From assembly GCA_964552565.1 (NCBI GenBank), contig CAZKGL010000001.1, forward strand, positions 237,113 through 301,112: a DNA stretch of 64,000 nucleotides, given 5' to 3'. Source of the stretch: an uncultured Gammaproteobacteria bacterium. Lineage in GTDB: Bacteria > Patescibacteriota > Patescibacteriia > UBA9934. The translations under genes were made by a program, and so were the position numbers. Every line of letters begins with the position of its first letter. The stretch's first letter is position 1. Positions 1-7,230 of this stretch are shown piece by piece. The notes under the pieces are model-generated. The model did not search any database and was not told where the DNA came from. It saw only the letters and a program-made list of their open reading frames with translations.

Positions 1-1010
1 CCGGCGAGCGTCTTCAAGAGCGTCGTCTTGCCTTGGCCATTGTTGCCGACGATAACGACGCGCTCGCCGCGCGGGATCTCGAACGTGATGTCGCTTGCGA
101 CGACGCGGCAATCGCCCCGCCCAGCGGGGTCGCCATAGCCGATCGCGAGGTTGTCGACGCGCACGGCGGTGCCGGGTTTCGTGACGACCGGCGGGATGGC
201 GATGCGCGCCGTGGCGAGCGCATGGTCGATGGCGATCGTTTTCAGCCGCGCAATCTGCTTGAGTTTTGACTGCGCCTGCGTCGCCTTGCTCGCCTTGTAG
301 CGGAAGCGGTCGACGAATTCCTGGAGATGTTCCTTGTGCGCGAGGATCTTTTTGTTCGTCTTGGCAATGAAGTCCGCCTGCTCCTGCTTGTATGCGATGT
401 AGTCCTCGACCGGGCCGGGGAAGGTGGTGAGGCGTCCGCGTTCGATGTCGATGGTCGAGGTGCACGTGCGCTTTAAAAACTCGCGGTCGTGCGAGATGAC
501 GAGCATGCTGCCGCGGTAGGTGCGGAGGAAGCGCTCGAGGAGGAGGAGCGTCGCGAGGTCGAGGTAGTTTGTCGGTTCGTCGAGCAGCAAGAGGTTCGGT
601 TCGTCGAGCAGCATCGCGGCAAGTTTGACGCGCATGCGGTAACCGCCCGAGAGGTCGGCGGCCGGTGTCGTGAGGAGGTCGCGTTTCAGCTGGAACTGCG
701 CGGCCATCTTCGCGCACGCCCAGTCTTCTTTTCCGCTGACGCGCGTGAGGGAGGCGATGACCGTTTCGCCTGCGGGGAACTCCGCATGCTGTTCGACATA
801 GCCGATCCGCACGCCCGGCAGGTGGCGGATGGCGCCGCCGTCCGGTTCCTCCTGCCCAAGGATGAGTTTGAAGAGCGTCGATTTGCCTGCGCCGTTGCGT
901 CCGATGACCGCAGTTTTCTGCGCATCGGAAAGAACAACGCCCACCTCGTCAAAGATGACCTGGTGCCCGAATTTCTTGCTGAGGTTGGTAATCTCGACGA
1001 GGGGGCGCAT
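1..1010 (-). CDS. ABC-F family ATP-binding protein (runs off left edge)
   Basis: Manual translation from ATG at 1010: MRPLVEITNLSKKFGHQVIF...GRNGAGKSTL (Walker A), LSGGYRMR, LLLDEPTNYLD, VISHDREFL, then inter-ABC linker FVDRFRYKASKATQAQSKLKQIARL. Confidence 0.9.
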   Translation of the reverse strand, partial: MRPLVEITNLSKKFGHQVIFDEVGVVLSDAQKTAVIGRNGAGKSTLFKLILGQEEPDGGAIRHLPGVRIGYVEQHAEFPAGETVIASLTRVSGKEDWACAKMAAQFQLKRDLLTTPAADLSGGYRMRVKLAAMLLDEPNLLLLDEPTNYLDLATLLLLERFLRTYRGSMLVISHDREFLKRTCTSTIDIERGRLTTFPGPVEDYIAYKQEQADFIAKTNKKILAHKEHLQEFVDRFRYKASKATQAQSKLKQIARLKTIAIDHALATARIAIPPVVTKPGTAVRVDNLAIGYGDPAGRGDCRVVASDITFEIPRGERVVIVGNNGQGKTTLLKTLA

Positions 1011-1086
1011 GATGCGCAAGAGCATACACAATTGCCGCGCCTGCCGCCACGTCGCGCTTGACCGGGGGCGGGGAAGGCGTTCCCTG

Positions 1087-1203
1087 GAAGGTGAGGGGCT
1101 GCCAGCCCCATGTCCTTCCGCATAGGACGTCGCGCCTTGTCCGGCGAGCTGGCAGCGCCCTCTTCACCCCCTCGGCCCCAGGGATCACGGTTCCTGGGGT
1201 TTC
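1087..1203 (+). ncRNA. candidate structured small RNA followed by a terminator-like hairpin
   Basis: Stem GCTGCCAGC 1098-1106 / GCTGGCAGC 1148-1156 extended by GGTGA/TCACC, enclosing two small hairpins; hairpin CCCCAGGGA/TTCCTGGGG 1176-1199 plus TTT; TTGACC at 1058. Confidence 0.3.
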
Positions 1204-1265
1204 CGATTGATTTTTTCTTGGATTTGCGCTACCATCGACGGGAAAACCCGTGCCATTCGTACCAC

Positions 1266-1339
1266 TCCGGGATCGTCTAACGGCAGGACAGCGGCCTTTG
1301 AAGCCGTGAATCTTGGTTCGATTCCAAGTCCCGGAACCA
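1266..1339 (+). tRNA. tRNA-Gln (TTG)
   Basis: Cloverleaf TCCGGGA...TCCCGGA-A-CCA; anticodon arm GCGGC-CTTTGAA-GCCGT; T-loop GGTTCGATTCC. Confidence 0.96.
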
Positions 1340-1345
1340 CAAGAG

Positions 1346-1373
1346 CCCCCGCAGCAAATGCTGGGGTTTTTGT
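1346..1373 (+). terminator. intrinsic terminator of tRNA-Gln
   Basis: CCCCCGCAGC-AAAT-GCTGGGG followed by TTTTTG. Confidence 0.7.
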
Positions 1374-1387
1374 GTATTTTTTGGCCT

Positions 1388-1422
1388 ATTTCATTGACAA
1401 AACGTCATTTTTGTGCTATATT
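1388..1422 (+). promoter_or_regulatory. sigma70 promoter of orphan gene 1538
   Basis: TTGACA at 1394, 17 bp spacer, TGc-TATATT extended -10; 28/31 identical to 51020-51050 (minus strand). Confidence 0.75.
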
Positions 1423-1537
1423 GGATGGTTCCTTTCGGTGAAAAAGAGTCCCTCCAGAGGCCTGGAAATGTGCATTGCAGCGGCATATTTCCGGACCCAT
1501 GGAGGGAGTCTCCAGCTGTTCACCCCCGGAGGAACGG

Positions 1538-2392
1538 ATGAATTTCCACACGCACCCGAACGCCATCGAGGGCGCCGCCGCCCGCAGCTTCGGACGCCGC
1601 GCGTCGCCCCTGGCGTCGCAGCAGGCCGCCTCGCAGCCCTCGGGCAGCAAGCTCGTGTTCCGTGGCGGCAAGTTCGTCGACGCGGACGCGGCGCCGCCGA
1701 TGCCGGTGCCGCGCCGCACGACGAGCAAGCCCGTCGCCGCGAAGCCCGCGCCGAAGATCTCGCCCCCGCCGACCGTCATCGTCCCCGAGTCCGCCCCCGT
1801 GGTGGTCGCGAAGGTCGAGCCGGAGCCGGTGATCGACGTCGCGGCGGAGCTCGCGCGCATCGAGGCCGATCGCGCCACCGCGGAGCGGCGGAAGCGGGAG
1901 GAGCAGCGGCGGCGCGAGGAAGCGCACGCCGCGGCCGAGCAGGCCCGTCGTGACGAAGCCGAGCGCGAGGCCCGTCGCGCGGCCGAGGCCCTGCAGGTCC
2001 GACTGCGCGAGGAGGAGCGCCGCGCCGCGCAGGCCAAGGCCGAGAAGGAGGCGCAGCGCAAGCGCGACGAGGACCGCCGCAAGGAGCGCGCCCTGGCGCA
2101 GTCGCGGGCCCGCGAGGCCGAGCAGCGCAGCCGCGACCTGAACGGGTGTGTCAAGAACGCCCGGGTCGGCGTCCCGGCCGCGAAGGCGGGCGACGAGCGG
2201 CCGATCGGCGAGCGCATCGCGGCGCTCACCGACGCGGCGATCGCGCAGGCCTACGCGAACGAGCGCGAGCTCAAGTGGCGGTTCTCGGACCGCGCCAAGC
2301 TCGTGAACGCCGCGAAGAACCCGGCCGGCGCCAAGCACGTCGTCGCGTTCGTCGAGGCCTGCGAGCGCATCATGCGCCAGGCCATATCCTAG
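1538..2392 (+). CDS. orphan hypothetical protein, Pro-rich N-terminus and long charged coiled-coil
   Basis: ORF with GGAGG SD before ATG 1538; strong GC3 bias by eye; E/R/A-rich helical stretch. Confidence 0.75.
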   Translation: MNFHTHPNAIEGAAARSFGRRASPLASQQAASQPSGSKLVFRGGKFVDADAAPPMPVPRRTTSKPVAAKPAPKISPPPTVIVPESAPVVVAKVEPEPVIDVAAELARIEADRATAERRKREEQRRREEAHAAAEQARRDEAEREARRAAEALQVRLREEERRAAQAKAEKEAQRKRDEDRRKERALAQSRAREAEQRSRDLNGCVKNARVGVPAAKAGDERPIGERIAALTDAAIAQAYANERELKWRFSDRAKLVNAAKNPAGAKHVVAFVEACERIMRQAIS

Positions 2393-2419
2393 TACCCGGG
2401 AACGCCCGGGGAGCGGAAC

Positions 2420-2472
2420 GTGAGGGGTCGGACGAGTCTCATCTCGCCCGGCCCCTTCACTGTTTTTTTTCA
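2420..2472 (+). terminator. intrinsic terminator
   Basis: GTGAGGGGTCGG...CCGGCCCCTTCAC followed by a long T run. Confidence 0.65.
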
Positions 2473-2525
2473 TTGAAACGATGCGCCGCCCGTCTGGAAT
2501 CCAGCGGGCGGCGGAGGTTGTGCGG

Positions 2526-3059
2526 TCACGCGGTGGCGAGCGCGAGTACTTCTTCGCGCGTGGTCTCGATCCGTTCGAACGGGCACTTGGCGCGGATGAG
2601 GTGCAGCGTGACGCCACGGGCGATCTCCTCCGCACCGCTGAGGCGTCGCGCCGCGCACTCGCGCAGATGCAGCAGCAGGACATGCGCGCGCAGCACATCG
2701 AGGTTGCGCAGGAACGTCCAGACGTCGACCACCTCTGCGTAGGGCATGAGCGCGAGCACCATGTTACGGTGCATCGCGTCCTCCCAGCGGTCGAGGAGCG
2801 ACTCGTCCCACAGCCCGGCGTCGACGGCGACCGCCGCTTCGATGAGGAGCGCCACGAGACGCTGGTCGTGGACCGCCAGGAGGCTCTCGCGGAACGCCGC
2901 GAGATCGAACGGCGGCAGGGGTTCTCCTGGTCCGACGCGGGTCACGGCCTCGCGCAGCGATGCGCCGTCGCGCAGGCATCGGGTGCCGGTCGCGAGCGCC
3001 GCGTCGGTGCACGGGCACCCGCAGGTGATGCGGTGCGAACAGGTGGTCAGTGCGGTCAT
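2526..3059 (-). CDS. orphan hypothetical protein with Cys-rich N-terminus (CSHRITCGCPC)
   Basis: GGAGG SD before ATG 3059; minus-strand promoter TTGACA (3115-3120)...TGCTAGGGT; GC3-biased codons. Confidence 0.65.
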   Translation of the reverse strand: MTALTTCSHRITCGCPCTDAALATGTRCLRDGASLREAVTRVGPGEPLPPFDLAAFRESLLAVHDQRLVALLIEAAVAVDAGLWDESLLDRWEDAMHRNMVLALMPYAEVVDVWTFLRNLDVLRAHVLLLHLRECAARRLSGAEEIARGVTLHLIRAKCPFERIETTREEVLALATA

Positions 3060-3176
3060 CGGGGCCTCCGGGGGTGTGGAACGAACGGCGTACCCTAGCA
3101 AAAAAACCGCCCGATGTCAACGCAGCAACGGGCGTGTTGCCGAGGCGTCGGCTCGGCGGTACCATGGCCAGTACGT

Positions 3177-4094
3177 ATGCAGATGGCCAAGGTCGTCCTC
3201 ATCCAGGAACCGAACCGCCGCAAGGCCGTGCGCGAGGCCGTGCACCAGCTTGGTGACGCGTGGATCGATAAGGTCAAGTCCAGCCGGCGCATCATCGTCA
3301 AGGTGAACCTCGTGCACCACGAGACGCAGCTCGCGTCGACCCACGTCGATGCGGTGCGCGGGCTCCTCGACGAGATCCGCCAGCACAGCCGCGTCGACGT
3401 ATTCGTCGGCGACGCGTCGTACCACGGGACAAAGGCGGCGTTTGCGAATTTCGGTTACGAGCGTCTCATCGAGGAGTACGAGCACACGATCCTCGTCGAC
3501 CTCAACGACGACGATACCGTGCTCGGCCACAGCGTCCGCGCGGACGGCAGCCTGAACGAGATCCGCCGCTCGAGGCTCGCGAGCGAGTGCGACCTCCGTA
3601 TCTCGTTGACGCCCATGAAGACGCACCGCGACGCCGGCATCTCGCTGTCGGTGAAAAACTGGACGCTCGGCACATGGGTCGTCCCACCGCGCGTCGGGAC
3701 GCACGGAAGGGTGTGGGCGCGCTGGCCATGGTTGCACAACGAGGGCATGAAGGCGTTCCATGAGACGGTGACGACGCTGTATGAGGAGTTGCCGTGCCAC
3801 GTCGGCATCGTAGACGGGACCATTGCGATGGAAGGCGACGGGCCGACGCGCGGCGATGCCGTGCAGATGGGCGTCGTGCTCGCCGGCCTCGACGCGGTCG
3901 CGGTCGACGCGGTGGGGGCCACGCTCATGGGGTTCGATCCCGGGGAGATCGGCTATCTGGTAAAATGTAGCGAACGAGGGCTCGGCGTCGCGGAGATGAG
4001 CCGCATCGATGCCCCGCCGCTCGTCCTGGAGCAGTTGCGCCGTTCGTTTTTGCGCCCGCCGGAGTTGGCGGAGAAATTAACTGCTTGGAAATAA
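3177..4094 (+). CDS. DUF362 family protein
   Basis: IIVKVNLV, MKTH...ISLSVKN, GIVDGTIAMEGDGP, DAVAVDAVGATLMGFDP..IGYL motifs. Confidence 0.85.
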   Translation: MQMAKVVLIQEPNRRKAVREAVHQLGDAWIDKVKSSRRIIVKVNLVHHETQLASTHVDAVRGLLDEIRQHSRVDVFVGDASYHGTKAAFANFGYERLIEEYEHTILVDLNDDDTVLGHSVRADGSLNEIRRSRLASECDLRISLTPMKTHRDAGISLSVKNWTLGTWVVPPRVGTHGRVWARWPWLHNEGMKAFHETVTTLYEELPCHVGIVDGTIAMEGDGPTRGDAVQMGVVLAGLDAVAVDAVGATLMGFDPGEIGYLVKCSERGLGVAEMSRIDAPPLVLEQLRRSFLRPPELAEKLTAWK

Positions 4095-4098
4095 CCGT

Positions 4099-4578
4099 AT
4101 GTCTACCTGCATCTTTCCCGGTCGCTTCCAACCGTTCCACGAAGGGCACCTGATGGTCGTCCAGGGGATGGTGAAATCGTGCGGCAACGCCTGCATCGTC
4201 ATTTGTGACGAAGGAAAGGCCGGAGCGGACGCCCCGTTTACGGTCGAGCAGCGCCGCGAGATGATCAGCGCCGCGCTCCTTGCGAAAGACATCATGGACG
4301 CGACCATCGTCGTCGTGAAAGACGGCGGCGAAGACGCCCAGTGGGCGCACCGCGTGCTGGATGAGTGCGGCAACCCGGAGGGTGCGACGGTGTGGAGCGG
4401 ACGCGAAGAGGTCCGCGCGCTGTTCGAAGGCATGGGGGTCGCGACGAAAAAGGTCGTTCCGGTGCCGGGTATTTCGAGCGAGACGATCCGCGAGCAGATG
4501 GTGGCGAACAACCCCGAGTTCCGCAAGCATATCCCGAGCGGCGCTATCGATGTGGTGATGGATGCCATCAAAAAGTAA
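4099..4578 (+). CDS. nicotinamide-nucleotide adenylyltransferase-like (cytidyltransferase fold)
   Basis: GRFQPFHEGH (HxGH), PFT..QR, ISSETIR. Confidence 0.8.
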   Translation: MSTCIFPGRFQPFHEGHLMVVQGMVKSCGNACIVICDEGKAGADAPFTVEQRREMISAALLAKDIMDATIVVVKDGGEDAQWAHRVLDECGNPEGATVWSGREEVRALFEGMGVATKKVVPVPGISSETIREQMVANNPEFRKHIPSGAIDVVMDAIKK

Positions 4579-4588
4579 GTCATCACGC

Positions 4589-4648
4589 CCATCCTGAGGC
4601 GAAGCCGAAGGATCTCTTGCGAGAGATCCCTCGCTCGGCCCGGGATGG
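4589..4648. repeat. REP-like intergenic palindrome (CATCCTGAG...GAAGGATC family)
   Basis: CCATCCTGAGGCGAAGCCGAAGGATCTC...GAGATCCCTCG...GGGATGG; related copies at 26649, 32390, 45716. Confidence 0.55.
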
Positions 4649-4746
4649 TTTTTTGTTTGACTTTTGCTTTTGTTTCTGCTAACTTTTCGCCGCCGGTTTC
4701 ACTACTCCGGACAACCCAAACGGCCATTGGCCACTGAGAGGACTGT

Positions 4747-5964
4747 TTGCCCATCGACCCCCTCGACCAGCGCTGGACCACCCCCGTCCGCACCACCCTC
4801 GTGCTCGCGGGCGGCGCGCGCACCTGCACGTGCATCGGTCTCACCGACAAGCCGCTCGCCTTCATCGAGGTCGACAGCCCGGACGGCAAGGGCGGCTACC
4901 CGCTCATCGTCGACTGGCGGATGACCAAGGCCGCGTTCGCGCGCGGCGACCACCACATGGTGTTCGCCGGGTACGACAACGTCTACGGCGCCGAACGCGC
5001 GCAGAACGGCCACGCGACGACGTGGGTCGCGCACCAACTCAAGGTGCACGGCGACTGTCGCGAGCTCTTCGCGGGCAGCCTCCTCGAGGCCTACGGCCGT
5101 CCCATCGACGACGCCGAGCGCTTCTACGCGCTGCAGGAGGAGTACGCGCGGGTCTTCGCCGACGGCGTGGATCCGAAGGACTACCCGGTGCACAACGCGG
5201 ACTTCGCCCGTTCGGTCGCGCTCATCCGCACCGCCCGCGGCGTGAAGGGGAGCCGCAAGTACCCCGGTACGGCCTCCGCGCTGCGGCGCATGACGCGCCA
5301 GCTCGTGGCGCTCCACGAGGACAAGGAGCGCGTCGTGCCGCTCGGCGCGGTGCTCGCGAGCTACATCGAGGCGGTGCTGTCGCGCATCATCCGCCACCGC
5401 GCCGCCATCGAGCAGCTCATGGCGCTCGAGCCGAAGAAGCTCCTGACGCCCAACCGTCCGGATCGGCTCAAGGAGCTGCGCGAGGCGCTCAAGGAGATCC
5501 TCGTCGCCCGCCCGTTCCGCCGGAGCCGCGACATGATCGTCGAGGAGCTCGACCAGGTCACCGAGCTCGTCATCTACGCGCTCCACAACCCGAGCGACGA
5601 GGTGCGCACGCACGTCGTCAACCTCTCCCGCAGCATCCTCGGGACGGTGCGCGACGCGCTCCTCCTGCGGGAGCGGCAGTACGAGATCGAGCGTATCCTG
5701 AAGCGCGTCGCGGTCTGGGAACGCTGGGACCAGCGTCCGACGGAGGCGCAGTGGCTCCGGCTGCACCGGGAGATCGACGACGTCCTCGACCGCACGGGGG
5801 CGGGCCTCGGCCACGGTTTCCGCCGCAACCGGGTGCACGAGATCCGCGCGTACCTCGAAGAGGCCCGTTCGGTCTCGCGTACGGTGCGGCAGTTCGAGCC
5901 CGAGCCGTCCCGGCAGCTCGCCGCCATCGGTGCCAAGCTCCGCGCCGTTTCGAAGCTCATCTAG
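4747..5964 (+). CDS. orphan hypothetical protein (405 aa)
   Basis: Long ORF with strong GC3 bias, TTG start after GAGAGG; promoter TTGACT...TGCTAACT at about 4657-4684. Confidence 0.75.
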   Translation: MPIDPLDQRWTTPVRTTLVLAGGARTCTCIGLTDKPLAFIEVDSPDGKGGYPLIVDWRMTKAAFARGDHHMVFAGYDNVYGAERAQNGHATTWVAHQLKVHGDCRELFAGSLLEAYGRPIDDAERFYALQEEYARVFADGVDPKDYPVHNADFARSVALIRTARGVKGSRKYPGTASALRRMTRQLVALHEDKERVVPLGAVLASYIEAVLSRIIRHRAAIEQLMALEPKKLLTPNRPDRLKELREALKEILVARPFRRSRDMIVEELDQVTELVIYALHNPSDEVRTHVVNLSRSILGTVRDALLLRERQYEIERILKRVAVWERWDQRPTEAQWLRLHREIDDVLDRTGAGLGHGFRRNRVHEIRAYLEEARSVSRTVRQFEPEPSRQLAAIGAKLRAVSKLI

Positions 5965-5972
5965 CGCGTCGT

Positions 5973-6013
5973 CATCGCGTCCCGCCCTGGGTTCATGCCT
6001 GGGGCGGGCGCTT
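5973..6013 (+). terminator. terminator hairpin, copy 1 of a duplicated module
   Basis: CATCGCGTCCCGCCCTGGGTTCATGCCTGGGGCGGGCGCTT; matches 7040-7079 except for one indel. Confidence 0.75.
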
Positions 6014-6174
6014 CTGTTCTTGTTGAGCGAACGCGGCTGTGGTTAACTCATGTCGGCCGATTCACGGCAAGTACGACGGAAGGCTCGTCGCCCCGCAACG
6101 GTAGGGCGCCAACAGAGAGGGCCGTGCGTGCGACTCGTCGGCAGGACATGCGTGCCTGCAGCAGGGAGTGTGTG

Positions 6175-7032
6175 GTGAACCGCTTGCAGAAGATCGTTGA
6201 CAAGACGTCGTATAGCGCGGCCTGCGCGGCATGCAAGGCCGCGAAGGATGTAGGTCTCAACAACGAAAGCGATGTCGCGCTTCGTACGGGCCCGCTGTTC
6301 TTGCTCGTGGGTTGCGCGGTGGTGGCCTTGGGATTCCACGGCATCGAAGACGCCGACATCGCCGCGGTGATGTTGCTGGTCGGGGCCATTTTCGGACTTG
6401 TTGGTCCCATCGTGACGCTCGTTGGCGTGTGGGCAAAGCTTACCGGAGGGCCGCGGCGCTTTGACTTCCTTGTGCCCACGGAGGCTGGGCTCGAGTACCA
6501 CGCGCACCGCGAGAATCCGGTTGCGCACATCAACCTCCTCGCAAAGGGGAAGTGGCACGACGCGGCCATTGTCCTCGAGCTCGAGGGAGAACGCACGCGG
6601 TGCACGCTGCTGCGCGTGGGGTTCGCGGCGCCGTCGTGGAAGCTCTCCCGGGTGTCCGGGAATGCGATCATCCACATGTCGGACGAGTATGGCTGCAGCA
6701 TCGATACGTCGCCGCTGGAGTGCATGCGCATCCTGCTCGCCTACATCGGTTCGGTCGGCCGGATCGTCGACGAGTGCCTTGATGAGGTGCGCAACGACCA
6801 TCGCGTGGGGGTGCTCTCCCGCGGATTGGTCGCGATTGGGCTCCTCACCGGACCGGACCGCAAGTTCAGCATCACCCGCCTGGGTCCGTCGGGACGGATC
6901 GTACACGAACGCGTGCGGCAGACGCTCGCGGCTGCCGGCGACGACGTCGACCCGGCGATCGAAGGGATGGCGGAAGAGGACGCCATCAAGATCCGGGACG
7001 CCTTCAAGGAGTCTCACGGCAAGGCGTTGTAG
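6175..7032 (+). CDS. orphan membrane protein (two N-terminal TM helices); start uncertain
   Basis: GTG after AGGGAG; hydrophobic GPLFLLVGCAVVALG and IAAVMLLVGAIFGLVGPIVTLVGVW segments. Confidence 0.65.
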   Translation: MNRLQKIVDKTSYSAACAACKAAKDVGLNNESDVALRTGPLFLLVGCAVVALGFHGIEDADIAAVMLLVGAIFGLVGPIVTLVGVWAKLTGGPRRFDFLVPTEAGLEYHAHRENPVAHINLLAKGKWHDAAIVLELEGERTRCTLLRVGFAAPSWKLSRVSGNAIIHMSDEYGCSIDTSPLECMRILLAYIGSVGRIVDECLDEVRNDHRVGVLSRGLVAIGLLTGPDRKFSITRLGPSGRIVHERVRQTLAAAGDDVDPAIEGMAEEDAIKIRDAFKESHGKAL

Positions 7033-7039
7033 TATTTCG

Positions 7040-7079
7040 CATCGCGTCCCGCCCGGGTTCATGCCTGGGGCGGGCGCTT
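7040..7079 (+). terminator. terminator hairpin, copy 2 of a duplicated module
   Basis: CATCGCGTCCCGCCCGGGTTCATGCCTGGGGCGGGCGCTT. Confidence 0.75.
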
Positions 7080-7084
7080 TCTCT

Positions 7085-7093
7085 TGTGGATAA
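7085..7093 (-). promoter_or_regulatory. possible DnaA box upstream of uvrB
   Basis: TGTGGATAA is the reverse complement of TTATCCACA; isolated, not an oriC-like cluster. Confidence 0.3.
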
Positions 7094-7100
7094 CTTACTG

Positions 7101-7128
7101 CGAAACTAAGTTTCGAAACTTCGTTTCG
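7101..7128. repeat. nested palindrome CGAAACTAAGTTTCGAAACTTCGTTTCG
   Basis: Near-perfect 28-bp inverted repeat; same GAARC-N3-GYTTC doublet design as 45770-45807. Confidence 0.6.
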
Positions 7129-7230
7129 GGGTGTGGATGATCGCTTGCGTGTTCGTAATCTGTACGGTATCGTTCGAATACAAATTACGATAGGTACCCC
7201 TAGAGCCCCGGCTCTCGGGGCATTTGCGTT

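Noticed and set aside
5973-7079. Classical integron attC sites
   Set aside because: No RYYYAAC/GTTRRRY core sites and no tyrosine integrase in the window
1266-7080. Prophage or integrative element at tRNA-Gln (or tRNA-Glu)
   Set aside because: No integrase, no duplicated tRNA 3' end found and no phage genes; core-type genes are interleaved
7085-7140. Replication origin from DnaA-box-like words
   Set aside because: Only one perfect box here (another isolated at 28033); no cluster, no AT-rich unwinding element, no dnaA
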